Shown: one piece after another, positions 1 to 10,400 of the stretch
Numbering within the stretch: the first letter of the stretch is position 1
How the letters are laid out: every line of letters begins with the position of its first letter
Source: Hemiscyllium ocellatum
Lineage: Eukaryota
Direction of reading: 5' to 3'
Assembly: GCF_020745735.1 (NCBI RefSeq)
Contig: NC_083435.1
Span: forward strand, 26,535,231-26,599,230
Length of the DNA: 64,000 nt
Notes under the pieces: generated by a model
Seen by the model: the letters and a program-made list of their open reading frames with translations, nothing else
Databases searched by the model: none
What the model was told of the DNA's origin: nothing
Translations under genes and position numbers: made by a program

Positions 1-1689
1 GAGGGTGGACACTGAGCTCATACTCTCTCTCTCCCTGTGTGATCACTAAAGACCAGCTCATGCAGTTTGACACTAAGCTTTCAGAATGTCCTTCTGCAGT
101 TGGCCGACATTGTTTTGGACTCAGCCTCAAGATATCGTCAAGTAGAGGGATTTGGACTATAGAAACATCCGGAAACCTTTCATCCTGAATGGGGCCTCCT
201 GTCAGCTGATTGACTCCTTTTAAAGGAGTCAATATTCCTAGAGTTCTCGCTGTAGTTTGTTTCTGGAGTTGACTTTTGCTCTCCTGGGATTCTGAATTAC
301 TGCGGTGTGGTGGGTGGTGTCTAGGTCTGATGGAGGCCTCCAAGCAGGTCAAGAGACCAGACCATGTGGAGATAGAAGAGAAATATCTTGACTGGCTGGA
401 GTGTCTCGGACTTGAACGTCAGGTAGTTAAAGTCAGATCTATTGAGGGTGAAACTAGGAAACACTTCCACACATAGAGAGTGGGAAATGGTTAGAACTCT
501 CTCTTTCTCAGAAGGTAATTGATGCAAAATGAACTACTGTGAATTAAAATCTATAAAACTCAGAATTAAGAGACAAATGGAAGATATATAAATGGATTGA
601 GGCAACACACCAGCAAAGATCTGATTGAACAGTGGAATGGCCTCCTCATCTTCCATGTCCCTGTGGGTTTTGCTGGTCTTTAAGGAGTGAGTCTGAGGGG
701 TTTTACTGATGTTTGGGGAATGGGTCTTTTGTGTTTCACTGCTGGTGTTTATGGGAGATGCTATAAAATGTGCTGGGTTTTCTGTGCTTTGTAACAGTTT
801 TTTTTTCTCTTCCCCAGGTTCCTCTAATGTCCTTGCTGGAAACCAGGTTTCCATTGCCGGAATTGATCTTCTAATTTGTTCATCCTCAATTTCAGGAGTG
901 ATTTGAATTGTCAGTCTGGCTTAGTGAAATGTCTACATTTTGTTAATAATAGATTATTGAAATCTATTGGCAGATGTTGAAATGTGAATTCAGTCAAATT
1001 TAAAATGAAGAGACAGCTTAATTGTGATAATGTAATCTTTATTGATTGTAGTTAAAAGCCATCTGGTTCACTAATGCCCTGCCAGGATAGAAATTATTAC
1101 AGTCTGGTCTACATGTCACTATGCAACGAGTTAACTCTTAACTGCCCTCTGGACATCAAGCGCGGGCATTGCCGGTGATGGCCAAATCTCAGGAAATAAC
1201 TTTTAATGGTTGACAGTGTGGTTATTTTTCCTGAGCAGAAACTTCATCTCCACAGCACAACACCCATTGGTCATGCCCCATGCACAATACTGCCAGTCAG
1301 TTCAGCACATAAACATGATCTTCATCAGCCATTCATCACTGGGATCATTCCAGATCTCAATTTGAATTTTCCTGCACCTTAAATACTGAGTGAAACCTTT
1401 TTCTATGTGCTTATTAGACAGGAAGATCTCTGGATACTGATGGAAGACAACACTACCTTACTGTAATGTCATGAATAGATGTCATGAATCCACCTCTTGC
1501 CCAGGCCATGCTGCAGTCTCACACTTTCTGACTTGAACTGTTTCCATGTTCACACTCCTATCAATTTGTAACCTTCCTCATGCAAAGCCTCAATAGAGCT
1601 GCGTACTCATGGCCTGCATTCCAGCTTCCTGTCTTGGGTTCAAGGCTGCACTATTTTCTGTCCCACTCTCTCCAACTCTAAGATTTTGC

Positions 1690-1985
1690 TGAGGTGTTTA
1701 TTGAGTCATCGAGTCATACAGAACAGAAACGACCCAAACAATCTATGTTCCCAAACTAAACTAATCCCACCTGGCTATGCCAGGTCCATATCACTACAAA
1801 CATTTATTATTTGTGTATTCATCCAAATATAAATGGTGTAACTGTACCATGTCCACCACTTCCTCTGGACATTCATTCCAAACACAAACCATTCTCAGTG
1901 TAAAAATGTTGCCTCTCATGTTGGTTTAAATTCTTTCTCCTCTCACCTTAAAAATATGGTCCCCAGTCTTGAAATTCATCCCCCA
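1690..1985 (-). mobile_element. CR1-like LINE 3'-end remnant repeated in each unit
   Basis: gagtcatacagaacagaaacgaccc...accacttcctctggacattcattcc...gttgcctctca is recognisable as the reverse complement of a CR1 3' end. The assignment is from recall. Confidence 0.5.
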
Positions 1986-1989
1986 TCCA

Positions 1990-2620
1990 CACGTGGACAC
2001 ATACACACACTCACGCAGACCCTCTCTCATACACGTGCTGTCCCTCATACACACACAGTCCCCCCATTCTCACATCCACACATGTGCCCTCTCACAGGAT
2101 TATACTCTGTCACACTCACACACACACTGCCAAGCACACGCACATGTAAGCGCAAACTCACGTGCACTCACTCACATACATGTGTATGCACATACACACA
2201 CACACGACTATCAGGTGTATTGCATTTGCAGAATTGTTTTTGCAGACATATTGTTGAGTTTTGGAGCAAAATATAATTTGCAGGCAGTCGATCCATATCA
2301 CCTTAAGTTATCTCGAGAATGTGACTTCAAAGAAATTCTGGCATTTTCATATTAATGAACCAAAACCTACAACCCATGCTGAAAGATGAAAGACTCAACA
2401 GCAATCTTGGTTTGTTCAATATATTGTTTCAGTTGTATGATGCTGTGATCTTTTGCTATAAATTCTGTATCTTGTCTCACAGCTACCTGATGAAAGAGCA
2501 GCACCCCGAAAGGTAGTGCTTCCAAATAAATGTGCTGGTCCATAACCTGGTGTTGTATGATTTTTAACTTTGTCCACCCCAGTCCTATGCCAACACTCCA
2601 CATAATCTGCAATAAGAAAG
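1990..2620 (+). mobile_element. Probable Penelope-like element remnant (CA-rich tract plus hammerhead-like terminal repeat), one per unit
   Basis: An imperfect CA/CT-rich tract, then gcatttgcagaattg..., then CTGATGA...CGAAA followed by aataaatgtgctggtccataacctggtgttgtatgatttttaactttgt. The family assignment is from recall and unverified. Confidence 0.4.
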
Positions 2621-4639
2621 AGTCTAACCATCAGCCTTTGACCATAAATAGCTTTACCATCACTGAATCCCACTGTCAACCTCTGAGGGGTTACTATTCA
2701 TCTGAACCTGACCTGGACTGAACATATAATACAGTGGCTACAAGAACAAGTTAGAGGCAAAGAATACTGCAACATGCAACTCACCTCTGACTCACCAAAG
2801 CCAGTTCACCATCAAGAATGCACAATTCAGGAGTGTGATGTAATACTCCTGACTTACCTATATGTGTGCAATTCCAGTAACACTGATCAAGTTTGACACC
2901 ATCGAAGACAATGTATTGGCACCACATTCATAACTAATTAGCTCCTCCACAAGTGACACTCCGGAGCAGCAGTCCATACTGTTTACAAGATGAACTGTGA
3001 ACCTTCAACGCAACACTTAGACAATGCCCTCCATATCAATGTCCATGACCTCCCAGAAGGATAAGGGCTGCAGATACATGGGAAAACCATCATTTACATG
3101 ACATCCTCCAAACTACTCACCATCCTAGCTTGAAAATATAACTCTACTCATCAGTGTCACTGGGTCAAAACCCTGGAATTCTCCATGAGTGTGGCCAGAG
3201 CCCACATTGGTCCGATCCCTTGAAGATTCTGGCCACAGAAACTGACAGACAAGTGCCCTACTCACATCAATCCAATGACCCGATGAGATGTATGATGGCG
3301 GCCCTGAGACCGTACTGGGAGATTACCAGAGGTTACTGTTCATGGACCAAACCTACAAAATCAATGTGTGATTTCCCTCTCCATCAGCGGATAGCGAAGT
3401 GACAATTACACCAGCTCCCCACACCATTGTGCAGAAGTTGCTGTCTGAGAGAATGGATGGAATTGTGCAGAAAATCCCCCACACTTCTGTTTCCAGGTGA
3501 AGACCAACCATCCAGCGTTCATGGTAACACCAACTGTTGCATTGACTTACAGAACATTCAGCAAAAGTGCCAGCCTGGCAATGTCTGTACAGGTCCATAT
3601 CACGACAAACATTTATTATTTGTGTACTCATCCAAATATAAATGGTGTAAATATACCATGTCCACCACTTCCTCTGGAAATTCATTCCAAACACAAACCA
3701 TTCTCAGTGTAAAAATGTTGCCTCTCATGTAGGTTTAAATTCTTTCTCCTCTCACCTTAAAAATATGGTCCCCGGTCTTGAAATTCATCCTCCCTCTGTA
3801 CTGGTCTCCCATCTGAATACACTGGACAGAGAACACTCTTGCCTGACATTCCTAAAGGGCCTCCCTTTCCAATGGGTAACAGAAGCACTGTCAAAGTTGC
3901 AGATACTGTGCACAGTTCATGAGCCATCTGGTGGGCTCAATGAACAAAGGCCACAGGTGGATACAGTAAGGGACTATGGAGCAGCAAAGACTGTAACTTT
4001 GTAAACAGTAACAAAGACAGTAACAATAACTGACTCGCCTCCACCTCACTCACATTCCCAGATTTCCACAGAAAGGTGTGGGATATCAGGTCATTGCACT
4101 CTAGATCATCCAGAATGTCCAGTAGGAATTCAGGCAGTACCATCGTTGAGACTGACCGCTGCTTTCCGTCTCTACACAATGATGATGGGTTTCCACCTTC
4201 ACTGTATATTTTCTTTGCACCACTTTGAGGTAATGTTTGCAGCATTCAAAGCTGGATGTGAAAGCTAGACGTTGGCAAAGTACATACATCTCAGAGTGAG
4301 AGTCGTTGCCATAAAAGGTGAACACCCCAACAGTGAGAGAAATCACAGAAACAGAGGAAGTAGGAGTAGAAGAAGGTCATTCATCCTTTTAACTTTGCTC
4401 CACCATTCAAAATGATCATGGCTGATCGTCCAACTCAGGACCCTATTTCCATTTATTCCCCATTAACTTTGATTCATTTCATCCTAAGAGCTGAACCTAA
4501 CCCTTTCCTCCAAATATTCAGTGTGACAGAGGCTCATCACTCCCTGGATGAAGACATTTCTCCACAACTCAGTCCAAAATGGCCTCCTGCACATCCTTAG
4601 ACTGTGATCCATGGTCTGGACTCCTTGGTCATTGGGATG

Positions 4640-5290
4640 TACCCTACATTTATCCTATCTTGTCCTGGGTTTCTATGAGATCTCACTCCTCAATCTTCTA
4701 ACCCCTACTGCATAGCGTCCTAACCCCTACTGCATAGCGTCTAACCGATCCAGTCTCTCTCATACGTCAGTCCTGATATCCCTGGAATTGATCTGGTAAA
4801 TGTTTGTTGCTCTCCCTCCATCAGCAGAATATCCTTCCTCTGATAACGTGACCAAAACTGGGTACAATATTGGCAGTGTGGTATCACCAAATGTCTGTAC
4901 AATTGCAGCAAGACATCGTTGCTCCTGCACTCAAACATTCTCACTATGAAGCTCAACACATCATTTGTGTTCTATATCACCTGCCTCACCTGCATGTTTA
5001 CTTTCAGTGATGGCTGTACAGCATTTGTTGCACCTTCCTTTTTCCCAATTTATTGACATTCAAATAAGGATCTGCCTTCCTGTTTTCACTATTAAAGTAC
5101 ATAAGCTGAACTTCAACCACATTATCTTGCATCTGCCATGCATTTGCCCACTCATTCAACTTGTCCAAAATACACTGATACATCTCTGCATCCTGCTCAC
5201 AGCTCAGCCTCCCTCCCAGCTTTGTGTCATCTGCAAATTTGGAGATATTATATGAAGTTTGTTCATCTAAATCATTAATGTAGTGAATCG
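4640..5290 (-). mobile_element. Decayed CR1-type LINE RT fragment (paralogous copies about 16760-17440, 36980-37640, 51530-52200, and from about 63720)
   Basis: Minus-strand translations include YINDLDEQTSYNISKFADDTKLGG, LDKLNEWANAWQM and LQLYRHLVIPHCQYCTQFWS, which are CR1 ORF2 C-terminal motifs, with frameshifts. Boundaries are approximate. Confidence 0.8.
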
Positions 5291-7194
5291 CTGGGCTCCA
5301 AGCACTGATCACTGTGAAACCCCACACATCATTAACTGCCACAAGGCAAATGAACATATATTCTTGCTTTCCATCTACCAATGGGTTCTTGAAACAAACC
5401 CGCATCAAGACACACAGAACTTATTTAAAAATTAGTTTATAGCAGTGACAATTTTACACTGTCAGAAGTAAGCCAGAGGGAAACGCCAATAATCCATTGG
5501 AAATGAGAATATAGTTCTTCATAACGGTTTATGTTAAAGTATACGGGTCAGACCAATTAGCATCATTCACAACTTTTCCTCATTCTTCATTCTTGAAAAG
5601 TGACAAAGGACAATTTAGGAACCCAACTCAGCAACATCTGAAGGAGGAAGACAGGAACTTAGCCATTGCTGTACAGTATGTGCTGCAGTGAAATATGTGA
5701 AACCACAGTAAAGGTGGACAAACTTATTCAAGCTGTAAGTTCACTCAGTGAAGCCAATTAAAGAGAATAGGAGTCTTTATTAAAATCAGCCTAAATTATT
5801 CAGAATGCCATGAATAGTGTGAATAATCTTTGAAAAACTATGAAGAGGACAGGATTAGTTTTAAAACCACAGACAGCTGGTTCCATTCAGTAGAGTCAGT
5901 ATCGAGGGCACAAATTGTTTATTAGGCTACACTCAGCCAGATTCCTCTATTTCTAACAACAAAGTTGGGAATGCTCCATTTTGGCTGCAAAAGCACCGAA
6001 AAATCCTTCAATAACCAATACAGAAGACACATTGCTGTATTGTAATACAATCCTGACTTGCGCGGAAAATATTTCGCTCTTAAAGTTTTCGTTTGGAGGT
6101 AATGGATTATGCTTCACCCAATCCGATGATGTAATGAGGTCTTAGATGAGATGATCTTGTGTCAGCACAGTCAACAAAGCCGACTAAAACACAACTGAAA
6201 CGGAGAAATGAGGCAGTAAACCCAGATTCAGGTGACCAAGAATTCACCGACCTCTCCAAACACCGCCAGCAGCAACAAGGTTCCATCATACAACACCTTG
6301 TTGATGGTGAACAGGCCTTGAGGAGCCAGAGTTGAACTACTTACTGCTGAACCCCCACTCTCTCACCAACTGATAAAACCAGTGTTAATACTGCTGGTCA
6401 CATTCAGGTTCTGGTCAGTGGAATACAACTTAATATTGATGTTGGGAGATTCAATGATGGTAAAGCCTTTGAATGTCAAAGTATTGAGGTGAATGAAAGA
6501 TGTTGAGATTCGGTCTTGCTGAAGATGGTCATTTGGCAGATTCAGGAAGCCCATTTCCACACGGAATACTTTGTTTTATTCAACGAATGTGGACATCATT
6601 GACTAGGCAGCAATTTATTGTCCAGTCCTATTTCTCCAGAGGATAATTGCTGTGGGATCTGGAGTCACTTGTAGGCCCAGACCAGATAAAGACAGGAGAT
6701 TTCCTTGCACAAAAGGACATGAATGAACTCGATGGTTTTACAGCTATCCTCATTGAGTACATGTCCACCACGAGGCTAGGTTTCAGTTCCAAGTTGTTTC
6801 TTTATTGAATTCAAACCTCACTGTCTGCCATGAGGGGATGTGAACCCATGTCCCCAGATGATTAGGTGAGGGGATTCCCAGCCCAGTGACATCACCGCAA
6901 TCTCACCATCTTCCCTCACATCAAGGATCCATCTAAACATATCTTCTCTAAAGGTATGTGAATGTTGGGATAATTTCAAAAGTATCATCAGAGATGATTG
7001 CATTTTTTGGAGACTGAGGTTTGTCTGATATTTTGGCGATTGAAGGAGGTGAAACTGGAGTTAAAAATCAACAATGATCTCATTGGGTGGTGTAGCAGCA
7101 TCGAGGGGCTGAACGGTGTCTGTCCCAAAAATGAATTGCAGCTCAGCTCATTCTCCCAGCAACTGGAGATGACAGTGGAAGTGTTTCTGTGATT

Positions 7195-7310
7195 GGGAAA
7201 TCCCAATCCTGGGCGGAGTTATGCAACCTGTTTGTTGTCTATTCTGCCGGAGTCTGGTGACTCACTGAGTCTTTTTATTGTGATTGGATGGAAGATAGTT
7301 TGGGACCAAT
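7195..7310 (+). promoter_or_regulatory. MHC class I proximal promoter of gene A: NF-kB site, GC box, S-X-Y module, CCAAT
   Basis: GGGAAATCCC 7195-7204; GGGCGG; S-like CAACCT 7224-7229; X2-like TGACTCA 7258-7264; Y box ATTGG 7283-7287; CCAAT 7306-7310. Lies about 190-300 bp upstream of the leader ATG. Confidence 0.75.
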
Positions 7311-7495
7311 CAGTGTGAAGGAGTCTCGGTGAAGAGGGGCAGTAACAGGAACTGAAGCAAAGTGCTGAAAAATATGTCAGGAGAGATAGTGAAGACTCTT
7401 CAGAACAGTTTAATATCATTCTCGATGACAGCTCACAGACTGAGACAGTCCGCTGGAAAATAATTTATCCTCCCAGACTGTCAACTGAAGTCACG

Positions 7496-10400
7496 ATGAT
7501 TGGACTGATAGTGCTGGGGCTTCTATGGGGAGAACTCTCTGCAGGTTAGTAATGGGGGTGTGAGAGAGGGGTAGAGCCAGGCTGGGAACTGGGGCTATAA
7601 CCTTTGTTCATGTTCCCGTCAGAATGATTTATAGGGTAATATTTATCTAATTTCAGGTTTTAAACGTCAGTGAATCCATTGTTCTAAATGATTTAGGTTC
7701 ATACGAGATTTAACCATAAGGCCAAAAGATCTGTATTTGCGAAATTCAAAAGATCTGTTGAACATTACAGGGTGAAAAGTAAAAATATTACAGGGTGAAA
7801 AGTAAAAATATGAAATTGGTAGACTTTTTTTCAAGTGAAAGGAAAAGAGAAAAAAGTTAACAGCATCATGTGATGAAGCTGAAGTGAATGGTATAATTCT
7901 CTCCAGTGCTGGAGAAACGGTGAACAAAATGATTCATGATTCAGGAATTCATGCCCTGATTTTTATGTGTTTCAGAAACTCACTCTCTCCGGTATTTTAT
8001 CACTGGTATGACTCCGATTCCCAATTTCCCAGAGTTTGTGATTGTTGGTTATGTGGACGGGGTCCAGTTTGTTATGTATGACAGCAATCGCAAGGATTTA
8101 ATCCCCCGGGAACAGTGGATGGTGGACAGCGAAGGACCCAAGGCCTGGAAGCGGAAACGGTTTCTTGCTCAGGAGCGAGAAGACTGTGCCAAACGGGATA
8201 TTCTCACATTTATGTCTCGGACCAACCAGACAGGGGGTGAGTGCTCACTGTCCCACAGCATGACATCTTCCTGTGCATTTGAGGAGTCTGGGTGGGAATG
8301 GGAGAAATTAGGAGTGAATCTGAGTTCCAGAGACTGACCGACTGGCTGTGGGAATGGTTGGAGGGGACACCAACTGTCTCTGATCAGCAACTTGTGTTTC
8401 TGATTGACAGGGATCCATATTTACCAGATGATGACTGGCTGTGCCCTGAGGGATGATGGGACTGTGAGTGGGTTCAACCTCCGAGGATGGGACGGGCAAG
8501 ATTTGATCAGCTTCGATAAGGTCCACAGGGTGTGGGTGACCCCAATCCGCTGGGCAGAAAGCATCAAAAACAGCATCGAGTGGCTGAGAAAATACCTGGA
8601 GTACGGACAGAGGGAACTGAGAGTCGGTGAGTGAGTGAGAGTTGTTGTGGTGGATGGTGTCTGGACCTTTCTTTCTTTATGTTCCTGCACTGACCCCTCT
8701 TCCTCTCTCCCTCAGTTGCCCCCATTGTGTCCTTTATCCGTCTGGGTGATTCTAACTGGCTGTCCTGTCTCGTCACTGGGTTTTACCCACGAGCCATCGA
8801 GGTGACTCTGTGGAGGGACGGAGCGTTGATTGATGAGTCCCTGTCCACAGGGATCTTACCTAATCATGACAGGACCTACCAGATCCGGAAATGGATAGAA
8901 TTTGATCCGGAGGATCAGGCCGAGTATTCCTGTCAGGTGGAGCGCAGTGGATTGGAGGAGAAACTGGTGGTGATTTATGGTAAGGCTGATTCTCTTTGTT
9001 AGAGAGGAATCGGACTCCGACCAGGATTACAAGACAGAGGACATAGAGAGGGACGTTCATATGAACGTCAGTGTGTCACAGTGCTCACATCAGTTGTAGA
9101 GGACAACAATTCAGGCAGTGAATCAGGGACAGTTTGCCAGTGTATCCTGGTGTGTAATGCTGCCCAGCATCTTAATATCCAGGATCAGTAAGGATTAAAG
9201 TATTAGTATATCATCTGATATGCGTGTGACAGAACCAGCTATGTCCATTCAGTTCACCATATTTCCTGAGCACTCTTCAAGTCCATGGACACTTTAATCT
9301 CAAACGACAAGGGCAGTGGATTCTTGGGAACACCAGCTCCTGCAAGTTCCCCTCCAAGCTACTCAGCATCCTGACTTGGAAATACATTGTGGGTCCATCT
9401 ACAGCACATAAGCTGCATTGGTCTAAGAAGGTAGCTCACCACCGCCTTCTGTCGAGCAATTCGGGAATGACTGTAAAGACTGGCCCGGGCATTGACACCC
9501 ATATCCCTGTGAATTAAAAAAGAGAAACAGATCCTGAGATGTTTTATTATGAGACAGTCCAATGAATCCAGGGATAATAATGTCCAATAGGATCCATGTA
9601 TCCTGATATTTAAGCATGGCAGCATCCAGTGTATCCTGGAATTGTAGCCCAGTCTATTTATCATTGTTTCTTGATGATCTTTGTCCAACAATGAATAGTC
9701 AGCATGAATTTTGAGGGAGAATATTGTGTTTGACCAACTCCGTTGAATATTTTTCATGAAGTAACAGAGGGTACACAGTGGTAATGTTGCACATGTACTG
9801 CTGCAAAGTTTTCAAAAGGCCTTAGATCAGATACTCCCATAATAGAAATGTTTAGAGAATGTGGGGTCAGTGGGAACGTAATAAAATGGATTGTTAGCTG
9901 CTTTGCAGCCAGGAAACAGATTGGCGGAAAAGGGTTAGTTAGTCAGAGTGTCAGAATGTGGGAAGTGGTGTTCTGCAAGGAAACACTTCCCTTCACATTT
10001 ACAATATTGATTTGGACTTTGAAATTATGGAATCACAGAATTGCTCTAAAGAAGGCTCTTCAGCCCATCATGCCCTGACTGTCTCTCTGAGCATTACCAC
10101 TCAGTGCTATTCTCCTGCCTTCTCCCCATCACCCTGAATATGGTTTTATTTAAATGTAAATTTAGAATTTAAATTATTATATACAGCAGCACTAAGCAGT
10201 CTAGAGACCAAGACAGGAATCCCAGGTAGTCCCAGGGAGGAGAGAAACATTTCAATATATTCTAACAAAGAGCAGAGATGAGCTTTGGACACTCCTGTGT
10301 GATAGGAGATAGGAGATGCAAAATCCCAACGTGAGGTGTCTTATGCACAGGACAGCCTGGTTGTGTCTACGACATTACATTAGTCATTGATTCTGGTGAT

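Noticed and set aside
4698-4746. 22-bp tandem duplication (ctaacccctactgcatagcgtc), and a 23-bp duplication in intron 1 near 7765-7810
   Set aside because: These are ordinary slippage events specific to A/A'; useful only as lineage markers.
1956-6560. Many 60-140 aa ORFs recurring in every unit (for example 1956, 3154, 4412, 15437)
   Set aside because: They are low-complexity or decayed LINE sequence; their starts, stops and frames vary between units, and they show no domain signature. Recurrence reflects segmental duplication.
8237-8337. Conserved ORF extension of alpha1 into intron 2 (GECSLSHSMTSS...)
   Set aside because: A canonical GT donor lies at 8237, and the similarity between copies simply reflects recent duplication.
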